Assembly (NCBI GenBank): GCA_015680685.1
Contig: MNCI01002316.1
Span: 96,468 to 160,467 of the forward strand
Reading direction: 5' to 3'
Length of the DNA: 64,000 nt
DNA from: Gnetum montanum
Lineage: Eukaryota; Plantae; Gnetophyta
Shown: in pieces, positions 53,701 through 64,000 of the stretch
Position numbering within the stretch: position 1 is the first letter of the stretch
Layout of the letters: every line of letters begins with the position of its first letter
The notes under the pieces: generated by a model
Seen by the model: only the letters and a program-made list of their open reading frames with translations
Told to the model about the DNA's origin: nothing
The model's database searches: none
Translations under genes and position numbers: made by a program

Positions 53701-56700
53701 ACTGAACATCAGAGGAAGGAATGCTATACCAAGATAAAGGCAATCCTTAGAAATTAGCGTCCATCTTTATCTAAACCTGTATATCTATGTGTTTTTATCA
53801 AAAGCCATACAACCATATATAACAATTTTATTAATAAAAATAATTTCACAGTACACTCTGATCTCTATTTAGAAGATCAGTGTTGAAACTGTTAAATTTA
53901 AGACTGGTTTTAATACATTCTGTGAAGGACTAAACTCTTACCTTGTTAACAAGAAGGGTTGCCCTTTTTGCAACGCTCATTTTTTTCTTGGATGCAGTAG
54001 CTGTACTCTCTTCGTCAGTCTCAGAATCCTGCAAAAAATATAGAAGACAAATTGTTCAAATGAAATGGCTGCTATATAAGAGGGGATACAGTATGCTTAA
54101 TGACAATGAAATGTAGGGATTTTTATACTTAAAAGTAAAATCCTAACAAACTTATGATTGCCAAAGTCAAAAGGCAAAGAATAAAAGCAAAAACTTGGGA
54201 CAAAGTGTAAAGGAAGAAAATCACCAAGGCATCTTGTAGCATGTAAGATGGCCATCTAACGATTAAAAATAATTTAATAACATAATTTATTATGAACAAG
54301 AAACATGGAAAGAATTCATAATGTACTTCATATAGAATAAAAATATAGATTTCAAATTTAGTCCAATATAGTTAGCCAAAAGTCTTACAATTTCATAAAA
54401 TAAGAAATTCTTTTAATGGTTTTGCTCCAGTAACTCTAACTGGCAAGGAGCAGGTTCAGGAATGTAAGCAAAATCAAGACTGTGATTGTACTCTATATTC
54501 CTCTGTGTTTAGGATTTTAGTACTGATACTGATACTGATATTTTATTATGTCTGTGTTTGAACTTTAAGTATAAATGAAAGCTTCTAGCTAAGTTCTCCC
54601 TTTCTTTTTTGGAGAGCCTAAAGGTCCCCAGGAATCCCACTTTGACGGAAGGGATGTTCTCGGTAGTTTTGTGGTCCTTATCCCAAATGGGTTTCTGTCT
54701 GGTTAATGGGCAATTATTATCTTTCTTAGCTTAAGACAGCTAAGTAACAAGTTCTTGACTTATTTTGAAACTACATCAATGAAAAATTGAAACTCAAAAT
54801 TCAGTTAATTATAGTTCTTGAAAATGTATAGCTAAGACTCTCACTTACAAATGTTAACAAAGTTTTTTAGCCATACTGCCTACATTGGAAGATAATTTTC
54901 ATGATTTCAACATTTGTTGGCAACTGAAATTTGGCTCAACACACTGAACTATTAAACGCATCATTAAGTAAGACAATGCATACCTGAACTTCAAGTGTTC
55001 ATGGATTTTGTTAAGTAGCATAGTACTATGCCATTGGCCAATCATGACTTTGCTTTTCATAATGAAAATTTAAAAAAGCACATAAAAAACTCAAACTTTG
55101 AACAATCTAACCACTGATCATAGTCACTACTATGTCAGTGTCAACTAATTAGTTATTCATATGTTTAATGCTGCTTCATAGAATCAGTGTTAGAAAGCCT
55201 CAGACCCCGCAAATGGCAAACTTTCGTTTCAGAGACTTGAAATTCAGTAATTATTTTCTAGACCTCATCAAAAACTTGTCACTGACCCATTGAAAATGAC
55301 GTCATCAATATTTTCTTGTTAATGACAATGACCTCACCAAAACTAAAAATCCAACTCATAAACCGATGTCAGTCAACCTGGAACTCAACGAGCACTTGTG
55401 GATATTCAGCAAGTCTCATAACACTGCATAGGATTGTCTTGAGCTTCCCAGACTATAATTCTTTTCATTGAGTTCACAATTTACAACTCATACTCAGAGC
55501 CTACAATGCATATCTAACAGAATTATGCTAAGATAAACTGTCTTTGGGTAATCACTGAAGGTTAAATTTCTTCCAAATATAAGCATTGATCTTCAATTCC
55601 AACTCATCAAATATTTAGTTAAGTTAGCTGGAATTGTGGTAACCGTCTTAGCGATTGTTGTTGTTTAAGTTTAAACATAAAGTTTCAAAGATAAATATAG
55701 TTCTTTTCTGATTTCTCAGAGATGGTAACAAATATTCATACTGCCTAAAAGAAACCATAGTAAATGAAGCCTGTGTAACCAGGCCTACTAGGTATGGGAA
55801 ATCTCTAATTGCACGGTACCAAAACCTAAAAAGGGGTACAGCTAGTTTGAAGGTCCCACAAACCGGAACGACCCAAGGACCAAACAGACAGCATACTATC
55901 CCTTGCAGCTAAAAATAGAAGTGAAAGTTTGCCAATAATCTTTATGGAAAATTTTATTATTTTTTAAAAATTGATTAAACTTATCGTTTTCCCTTACTAA
56001 AAGTAATACATCATTGACAACACTGATTCTCAAAGGACCATCTCTTCTTCTCTTCCTAAAGCTTCCCTTTAAGATTTTGCAAGATGTATTTCAATGTAAT
56101 GGCAATGATATAGCCTAATCCAATATAGATATTTCTCTCAAAGTTGTGTAGCAGTTATTTACCAGCAATTCATATTTATTATATATAATTTTACAACTGT
56201 AACCACTTTCGAAAAGGTAGTCTCCTTATTACAAATGAGTATTCTGCTTAAACTTTCTGTAAGATTCAAGGTATCAGCAGAGCCTTTAATCAACAGGATT
56301 AGAGAATGTTCATAAAGGACTTGGATCCAATGATGACAATGATGCCCAATTACAGAAGTCGATATTTTAACCTGCTTTTATTATTAATGAAAATTCTCTT
56401 TTCACTTCTTAAACTCAGAAAAAGGAAACCAATTCCCACAGGCTCTAATGCAAGGTACGATACAGTGAATGTAATAATATTTTTTGGTAAGCAAATATAA
56501 AGTGCCAGTATGTGCATGGATAAGAACATATACTTTTCAAACGGATGTTGTTTATAATCAATAGATATTACCAAGGTGGTTTGTTGCCATTTAATCTACA
56601 AAAAAGTTTATATGAAACATAACTAACGTAAATGGGTCAATGTCAACTTTGAATATCAATCAGCATACCGTCATTATAAAGGAAAAAGTCAAACCTCTCT

Positions 56701-57628
56701 AAGAACAGCAGTAATGTCCACAAAATGCATTTCGGCTGCCGAATACTTTGCTTTTTCATGCCGTGAGTGTTTTGCTTTTTCATGCCGTGAGTGTTCCGTT
56801 AAATATGAATCTGGTTTAGAAGCAGATTGAAACTGACGTGTACGAATGTTTAGCTGAATCGGATCACCGGCAAACTTGATTACCTGGTGTAGCCAATGTT
56901 GCTTTTCCTTCTCTGTTACACAAAAAGAACAATGCCAAAAGAAATTTGAAAAAAAAAAAAAAACACATTATTTTAGACTGAGGTTTCGGCTCCATAAACA
57001 GAAACACAATAATAAAATTCTTAACTATAACACTATTTTCCGACATTTTTATCTTTATACCGAACACCCCATCATCATCTCAACTTTATCATTATTTCTT
57101 CTTACTCCTCAATATCATTGTGGTATTATACAATATGTTTATTTACTAGAAATGTCAAAAGTCATGTTTCTCATTCATGACAGAAACATCGTAGACAGTT
57201 CCCAGAATACATTATCAGTACGTATACAGTAAGTCGTAAAATTGGCCCCAAAATTATAGTGCAGCATGGTGTTAACATTTTGGGTCATAACTCCGAACAA
57301 TTTGACAATAAGTACATCCAAGATATATACCAACATCATGCTTTAAAAGAATCGCAGAAGAATTTAACGACGTCGGTTTATTTATTGATGTAGCTGCACA
57401 TATTCAAGTCATTCGCGTATCAAGATGAGCATTTTATTTTGAAAACATATAAAACGAAAGGAAGTGGAAATTCACTTCTAGTTAACAATATATACAAAAT
57501 CTGAACGACTTACCATGGAGAGAAGTCGTCTGAATGACGTGTTGAATTTGATCGGGAAGCAGCAGAAGGCCCTTGGATTGCTTCAAGACCTTTGTTATGT
57601 TCGATGCTGCGAGCTTTCTCAATGCCAT
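35798..57628 (-). CDS. PPR-like protein of the At1g04590/At4g18975/At4g21190 family (closest by recollection to At1g04590), about 351 aa, probably organelle-targeted
   Basis: Exons on - strand: 57628-57514 (MALRKLAASNITKVLKQSKG...), 57393-57331 (63 nt, less certain), 56912-56695, 54028-53942 (...KRATLLVNK), 42784-42641 (NSREAVYGALDSWVAWEPTFPIAVLKIALHQLEKKEKWHRVVQ), 39495-39283 (VIKWMISKGQGMTMGTYRQFVRALEKDNRVEEAHAFWEKKIG...SVPW), 36152-35945 (FRNLEMFNRKPPNKALVEKVAEAYRLLG...) and a tentative 35805-35798 (G-E-stop). GT-AG introns, 1056 nt in frame. Alternatively exon 7 reads through to TAA at 35910. Confidence 0.88.
36135..36291. repeat. 77-bp identical direct repeat (80-bp period) spanning the exon-7 splice acceptor of the PPR-like gene
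   Basis: 36135-36211 is identical to 36215-36291; 3-nt spacer ATG. Confidence 0.95.
36500..38150 (+). pseudogene. Probable decayed PLS-class PPR relic, antisense within intron 6 of the PPR-like gene
   Basis: Scattered, frameshifted PPR-like peptides in the expected order: MEYGLLPD (36581), IH.YVLKS (about 37135), HLFGMM (about 37606), VGR (about 37691), PNGTIL (about 37757), LSN-like then GKF.D (about 37895-37945). Recognised by eye only. Confidence 0.38.
37320..37493 (-). mobile_element. tRNA-derived SINE
   Basis: Minus-strand head GGCATAGCTCACTTGGTTAGAGC (A box) ... AGGTTTGAATAC (B box), followed by a non-tRNA body. No complete cloverleaf. Confidence 0.6.
41384..42465 (+). mobile_element. 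5'-truncated RTE-clade non-LTR retrotransposon (intron 5 of the PPR-like gene, antisense to host)
   Basis: MIFIDF.K.YDRV, VGLHQRSALSLHLF, CCMLFADNIVLV, GRPKKTW, (GAT)n-type 3' tail at 42453-42465. Possible TSD AATCAA(A/G)ACA at 41375 and 42466. Frameshifted. Confidence 0.88.
43468..43836 (-). repeat. 3' LTR of the Copia element
   Basis: TG...CA termini; direct repeat of 51471-51839 with about 17 substitutions by eye; adjacent to the PPT. Confidence 0.95.
45190..45330. repeat. 54-bp in-frame tandem repeat (about 2.6 copies) at the start of the Copia RT
   Basis: Encodes repeated WIFKIKRNQYGKAVISLK on the - strand. Confidence 0.95.
46574..49242 (-). mobile_element. 2.67-kb solo LTR (probably Gypsy Tekay/Del-type) nested in the Copia integrase C-terminal region
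   Basis: Begins TGTAACACCC and ends TTTGTTACA (7-bp terminal inverted repeat). Flanked by 5-bp TSD TGTAT at 46569-46573 and 49243-49247. Removing it restores the Copia frame ...NSKAY-RCYDANKKVVDSRDVNF. No coding domains inside. Strand inferred from composition only. Confidence 0.88.
47965..48420. repeat. Tandem array (core about 47 bp, TTCTTGTAACTGACTAGTTGGGGACTGTTCGTATTC...) inside the solo LTR
   Basis: About 7-8 imperfect copies with no unique spacers. A second internal duplication lies at about 47346-47485 and 47493-47650. Confidence 0.85.
51471..51839 (-). repeat. 5' LTR of the Copia element
   Basis: Direct repeat of 43468-43836 with the terminal CA mutated to TA on +; adjacent to the PBS; followed by TSD GAAAT. 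Confidence 0.95.
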
Positions 57629-59086
57629 TTTTGCGGATATAGAAAATCAAATTACTTCATGGAAATAGGAGGGAGCAGCTGGGTAAATATTGCAGTGAAC
57701 CGTTCAATACATAATCCAATATGTTCTGTAAACAGCTCGCTATATTATAAATTCACGATACAGTTCTAAGCATGTATTCAAGCAGAAAGCCGATCGCATC
57801 TTCATCCCGCGGTGGTTATTAGTGGTTGCAGGTGATTAAAATTTACCATTTCAAACAATGAGTATTAGGTGTTATAAGATTGTGTTAATTTGAAAGCAAT
57901 GATGAGTTATAAAATTGTAATTTGATTATATATGTTTGGTTTTACCTACATTATAATCGAGTTTCAACCCTCTCTAAAATTTAGAATTTTAATAACTTAT
58001 TGTTACTCTAGTGATATTTGTTGATTTCTAATATAAAAATTCTAATTTCAATTACAAAGGTTTTACCAATTTTACATTTATCAATCAACTTGGTGTGAGA
58101 CCTAGTCTTGTGCTCCAATTACTTGGCTAAAGCATCCTTTGACCACCTTATGAATTGCTAGTAATAGGCTTGTTCGTAGTAAATGTTGATATAAGACATC
58201 ACTTTTAGGTTGCCAATGAATATTGGCTATAGTTAGATTATTATTTTTTATGTAAGATGTCATTTGCAATCATAGATTGTAGTATAGGTCATTATGGGGG
58301 TGGGGCAAGGACACCTACAATTATTCAAGACAAAAAAAGTACAAAGCTTTTAATGAATTCTTCAACAAGTGATTGTGTCTAAGATAACATTATGGAGACT
58401 TGGGTTTTTATGGCAAAGTTGAGCAAGTATAGGGTTTAAGAGAACCCTCATATTCAAGGATTTGATTGAAATCCAAATTGTAGATGGGAGGGGCCCATTT
58501 CCTATTATGAATGTCATAACATTATAGCAACAATTTGAAAAGCGGTCAATTAGAAGAAGCATCCAAGGAATCGTCTAGTGTGTCTAGCAAATCTAAAAGG
58601 ACTATGCATTGGACACAACACGAACCTAAGAGCATATTCATGTAGTGATCTAATAACCCAGTGTTCAAGACCATTTTTTGAAAGAATTTGTAGTTATGCA
58701 ATTGTCGTTTATTAAGAAGCAAGAGGCAATTGCAAAAATAGGGAACTGAGAAGTACATCTAGAATAGCAATATTCATCTTTCTAGGTAAAGAGAAAAAAC
58801 ATAAATTTTATAAGTTTATGTAAAGATCTCATTTATTTAAGAAAGATTAAAAAGTGGTATGAAAGAAAAGACTAAAAGTGTAGGAACAAAGCTACAAATT
58901 CTATATTAAGCAGAGAAGTAGTAAAGCAAAAAGCTAAAAAGTGATTCTATTCATCGTAACAACACAAAATGTTTTCAAGAAATTCACCCCTCATCAATGT
59001 GTTTTACAATCATGCAATGCTACTTAGTGAAGAATGAGTAGTAGGTTTCAAGAATAAATAGTAGAAGATAGCCCCAACTTTCCAAA

Positions 59087-59320
59087 AAAACATGGTTGTC
59101 ATGTTTTGGCAAATAAGAAAAACATGGTTGTCATGTTTTGGCAAATAAGAAAAACATGGTTATAATGTTTTGGGAAATAAAAATAGATGGTTGTCATGTT
59201 TTGGCAAATAAAAAAACATGGTTATCATGTTTTGGGAAATAAAAATAGATGGTTGTCATGTTTTGGTAAATAAAAAAACATGGTTATCATGTTTTAACAA
59301 ATAAAAAAACACCGTTGTCA
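59087..59320. repeat. About 31-bp tandem minisatellite (ACATGGTTGTCATGTTTTGGCAAATAAGAAA), about 7 copies
   Basis: Directly visible imperfect tandem copies. Confidence 0.9.
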
Positions 59321-60341
59321 TAAACTTAAAAGAAAGCAACATGAAAGAAAAAACCAAAAGTGTAGAAACAAAGCTACAAATTCTACACTAGGCAAAAAAA
59401 CAAGGGAAAAGATAAAAACTAACTTTGTTCATTACTACAACACAAAACCTTTTCAATAGATTTCACACCTCATTAGTGTGATCTACAACTATGCAATGCA
59501 AAGTGAAAAATGAGCAACAAGTGTCAAAAATAAATAAAAGAGGATCCCAACTTGCCAAAAAAAATGGGGTTCTCATGTTTTGGCAAATAAAAAAAAGCAA
59601 AACCCAAATGTACAAGTTGTTGTGATGATGGGGTAAGGACACTTGCAATTGTTCTTGACAAAAAAAGCATAAAGCTTTTAAGGATTTTTTCAATAAGCAA
59701 TTGCATCTAAGACAACGTTCTCGAGACTTGGGTCTTCTTAGCAAAGCCAAGCAAGTATAGAGTTTAAGAAAACGCTCACATTCATGGATTCCATTAAAAT
59801 CTAATTTTTAGACAAGAAGGACCCATTTTCTATTGTAAATGCCATAATATTGTAGCAACAATTTGAGAAGTGGTTGATTGGAAGAAGCATCAATGAAATC
59901 TTCTAATATGCCAAACAAATCTATGAGGGCTAGGTGGTTGACATGACATGGACTTGAGGGTATATTCATGTGATGAGACGTGATATCGCATGGGCCGCGA
60001 TATGCGATATCGCATACGCAATATTGCGTTGTCCCTTGCAATGTTGCGTATGCGATATCGCAGTCCACCACCAAATCTATAAATAAGAGGCGACCCTCCC
60101 CTCATTTCTCCTCCTAGTTTAGAAGTAGGGAAACTCTGGTAGTTTGATCGCTCCAGAGATAGATTATTTTCCATGTGCCCGCAGTAGGAGTCCTAGAGTG
60201 AACAGATCTTTATTCGAGCAACATTGTACTTGAACACAAGTTGTGTACGGCAATAAAGACGAACTTGATTGGATAAACCTTGCAGTGCATGGAATAGGAT
60301 TTTATTTAATTGTTATTTATTGCTTTCCTAGAATGCGGTAC

Positions 60342-60516
60342 GAGTACGACTTGATTACGAGCATCTAAGGATGTGTACGGCTAGTCAAGGAATCGACTGC
60401 TCGTCGCATGTAGTATGAGTACGACTTGATTACGAGCATCTAAGGATGTGTACGGCTAGTCAAGGAATCGACTGCTCGTCGCATGTAGTATGAGTACGAC
60501 TTGATTACGAGCATCT
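60342..60516. repeat. 75-bp tandem duplication inside the Athila-like LTR
   Basis: Units start at 60342, 60417 and 60492 (partial); the first two are identical. Confidence 0.92.
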
Positions 60517-61325
60517 CATGTGACTACTTGGTAACCCAGTGGCGTATCCAGGATCTACGCTTGGTAATCCCAGTGATAGTCGTGCACAGCAGATGTGTAT
60601 GGTTAGTCAAGGAATCGGCTGCTCATCGCACTTAGGCTAGTTAGGCTCTCTCAACCCTTTCCTCCTAGTTAGGTGCCTCAGTACAACCACTTCGAGCATG
60701 TGTGTTACGTGTGGTGATCCTAGTAATGATTAGCGTTTGGTAGCCATAGTTGCATCGGTTCAGCATGTGTACGGTAAGTGGGAACGGATGCTGACGCTAG
60801 TTAATTTAGACTTAGGTCCTTAGTTAGAGTTAGTTAGTCTCTCAACCCTTCACCCTTTAGCATAGGAGAAAAAACCATAAAAGACCAAAAAAATCATATA
60901 CCTCGGACTTACTTAAACATACACTGTGACAACAAGAAGTAAGTCTCGGAAGACAACGAATGATTAACCCCAAGTGTTCCATGGGGCGTTTAGGCATTTA
61001 GTCTGCGGAGTTCGACTGGATCGCGTGTGCTACGCTTGTTTCGTATGGTTGAGTGTAGGGGTACCTCGCCACTCATCATTGGTGCAGTTGCCAGGGATTA
61101 AGTGTTTGTACGCCAAATAGAATATAAGGGATATCACTCACATCGTTGTGAGCCTTAACGAACCTTCGGGTTAATCAAAAGAAAATTTTTATATAATGGT
61201 GAATTTGCACACCAATAAAAATGCCTTCTTCTCATAAGAGCAACTCACCACCTACGGACCACACACGAGACAATCGGCAACATAAAAAACATAGCTGAAA
61301 TCAGCCAAGTCCTCAGCAATATAGG

Positions 61326-64000
61326 GTGACATATACTCATCCCAATGAGTATGTGCCTGATCTTACCTTTATCCTCCATCAAGATGAACAAATGCGCTGG
61401 AGAGATTTGTTTGGTAACATAGTGTTACCTCCAGATCGTGCTATCCCTAACATGCTTCTCCATGCTTTGGCCCAGACTGGCATGACTAAACTTTACGCCG
61501 AATACGTTGCGGTTGACTCTGACATGAGGGATTATCATCCCACAGATTTACAATGTATGAGGGACGCAAGGCAAGAGAGCCAACATACATTGTCGAAGGG
61601 CAAGGTCCCGCACATCCTTAGTGAGATAGGAGACGAGGAACCCTTTATCACGGGTTCTTTAGCAAAGGATGTTCCCCCTCCTAACGATGGTGAGGAGGTT
61701 GAGTATCAGAACCTACGATCAACTATACATATCCCTGGTTCTAATGCCCATGAACACCAGCTGTTCATAGAGGGAACAACCACTCATGCTAAGGATGGAC
61801 ACTTTGATCGTCACAACGATCGGGACCGTAGCAGCCGAAGAGAAGGCAAGAAACATCATCATGGCGATGGTTTCCCTTCTTCTTCCCCTTCTTCACATCA
61901 CTCATCCTCTCCTTCCACATCTAGGCGCAGCCACCATGAACATAAAGGTGAGGATGAAAGTAAGAAAGAAGAAAGACCTCGACGGGACAGTCGAGAGAGA
62001 GGACAAGGGCAAGGACATAGGGAGAGTAGGGAACAATGCAGACATCACAGGCATCATGAAAGAGACGATCATGACGAGCCCCTACGCATAACCCGAAGTA
62101 TGCTTGACATAACAGAGGCAATTAGGATTCCCACAAGGCATTTAAAGGATAGCCGGATCAAGTGTTTAGACATGAATAATATCCCACGGTTTGAAGGGGG
62201 ATACAATGCTAATCTGCAAAATCATTTATAGGCATTCCACGATGCTTGTGCCTTGAAAAATATAGAAAATGAGTGGCAAAAACTTAAGTTGTTCCCAAGG
62301 ACACTCACTAAAGAAGCAGAGAGCTAGTACCGGTCCTTAGAACCAGAAACCATCAGGAGGTGGAGTACGATGCTAGAACTGTTCAACGAAAAGTATCAAA
62401 CGTACTCCAAAGTGTCCAATTTGCGTAAGCAGATCCAAGGCTGGAAGCAAGGTACACATGAACCCTTGGATGCTGCCATGGCCCACTATTACACATTGTT
62501 ACAACGTTGCCCGGGCCATGGGTACGCTCAGCGGGATCAACTTCGCCACATCGTGGATGGGCTAAGGAATGAAACTAGAAGAACCCTTGGAACTTATGCC
62601 CAAGGGAGACTCTCACAACTTAGAGCCCATGAAGTACGTAGCTTGTTGGAGCAAGTAGCAAATGAAGAGGGTGAGCTATGAAAAAGGGAAAGTGCGGAAG
62701 AGTATAATTGTGATCCCTCCCTTTGAGAGAAGGGAGTGAAATTTTGTGATGAAGAGGATGAGTCACCAATCGAAGAATTGGTGAACCAGAAAACCTTGCT
62801 GATTAAACAATTAACAACAGAATTAGCGGCTAAGGTAGATGACGTATGGAGTTCCTTAGACTCTAAAATTGAAACTGTCTTAAAAATTGTAGAAGAGTCT
62901 AAGGTTGAACAAAGTAGTAACAAAGGTAAGAAAAAGTGGAGAGATTTAAGCCTTGCACATAACAAGGGTAAGGGAAAAATCACTAACTCCGATGTGGTTG
63001 TGGATTTGGATTTAGACGATGATGGTGGATGTGAGATTTGCCATTATGACCATCCTAAGGGATGTTGCCCCATCATCTCACATCTACAGGAGTTTGGGGT
63101 GTATGCGCTTAATCCAAGACTCAACCAGCGGTAAACACCCTGCAGGTTACCCTATCCACAAGGTAACCCAAGGCAGTTCCACCAACCCTTAACATATTAT
63201 CCAAGTGGAACTCCACCACAGCCCATCAGACAACATTAGTAGTGGCAATACCCACAGTCATAGGGGATGCCACTGCCAACACAACATGTTCCTTACCGGC
63301 AACCTGATCCTTATGGTTATTATGTGCAGCAGCTGATTTCTCCAAGTGACTCTATGGGTCACACAACCCCCAACCATTACTACCAAGTTCGGGAGTACTT
63401 CAAAAGGACTCCTTCTCCTCCGAGAGACATCTCACACTCGTTCCATCCTCCTAATCCATCTGCACCTCTTCCACCACAAGTAGTTCCCATAACACCTCCT
63501 GCTCCACCAAAGCAAGGGGAACTTCCTCTTCAACCGCAGCAATGTCACACTGCGAGGGCTGTAAATATCCAACCTACCGCTGGTTCTGACAACTGTAAAA
63601 AGAGAAGACCTTACTTCAGAACCAAAAGCCCAGACAAACTCTCACAACAACAAGCGGTTGAGGCCATGTACACTCCTCCATCATCAGCTAACACTTCAGA
63701 GCACCCTTCAGTCCAACAGAGCATAACGCATACGGTTATGTTAACGCATACTGTAACTGACTGGATCAAGGTGGGCCACCTTCCCAGGAAGCTAACTGAC
63801 CCTGGAAGCCCCTTAATTTATTTGTAGATCACTGGAAATGAACCACATAGGGCTCTTCTTGACTCAGGTTCCGGAGTCAACTTAATTTCACGAGAGATGT
63901 ACCATGCCTAGAACCTATCCCAACTTAAGAAGAGCAACATTCAACTAGAGCTGGCAGACCAGTCCATCACCATTCCCTTGGGATTGGTGGAGGACATCAT
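61326..64000 (+). pseudogene. Disrupted gag-protease polyprotein of the Athila-like element
   Basis: ORF pieces 61326-62231, 62370-62681, 62736-63134 and 63267-63827 are separated by stops; aspartic protease DSG motif near 63860. Confidence 0.85.

Larger units (their letters stand above)
59971..64000 (+). mobile_element. Athila-like Ty3/Gypsy LTR retrotransposon (5' LTR, PBS, gag, start of protease; runs off the window)
   Basis: LTR 59971-61078 (TGATGAG...CTCATCA), TATA box near 60078. PBS TGGTGCAGTTGCCAGGGA at 61080-61097 resembles the tRNA-Asp PBS TGGCGCCGTTGCCGGGGA of Athila. Gag core IPRFEGGYNANLQNHL*AFHDAC...KLFPRTL...W..MLELFNEKY. Protease region KLTDPGSP...ALLDSGSGVNL...LELADQSITIPLGLVEDI. 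In-frame stops present. Confidence 0.9.

Noticed and set aside
57515-57769. 84-aa + strand ORF (likewise 42595-42798, 39295-39564 and 11695-12042)
   Set aside because: Antisense shadows of real exons.

Overview
AT-rich plant nuclear DNA from a draft assembly, with an N-run at 704-980 and single-N joins at 3053, 22419, 24731 and 48985. Two convergent, intron-rich genes can be rebuilt with consistent GT-AG phases. (1) A + strand 9-exon gene (9458-16297, 265 aa) of the At5g63280/At5g40710-type C2H2 family, with a signal peptide, a 12-Cys domain, a C-terminal TM helix and a KxKxx tail. (2) A - strand gene of about 8 exons (57628-35798, about 351 aa) encoding an At1g04590/At4g18975-type PPR-like protein. 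Its introns hold a complete, TSD-flanked Ty1/Copia element (43468-51839), which itself carries a nested 2.7-kb solo LTR (46574-49242), plus an RTE LINE, SINE-like copies and a probable decayed PLS-PPR relic. The rest is mostly decayed TEs: an Athila-like Gypsy element entering at 59971, related LTRs at 981-1907 and 22382, an L1 cluster at 22.4-32.5 kb, a second RTE and a 445-bp foldback. There is also an intron-retaining bHLH subfamily XII pseudogene at about 4.7-5.75 kb. The most notable signals are an 80-bp-period duplication that creates a second, stop-generating splice acceptor in the PPR-like gene, the predicted ER-luminal topology of the zinc-finger protein, and an unusually long in-frame integrase-RT linker in the Copia. 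I found no support for a wholly new multi-gene system. All alignments and family assignments were made by eye and from memory, not by search.
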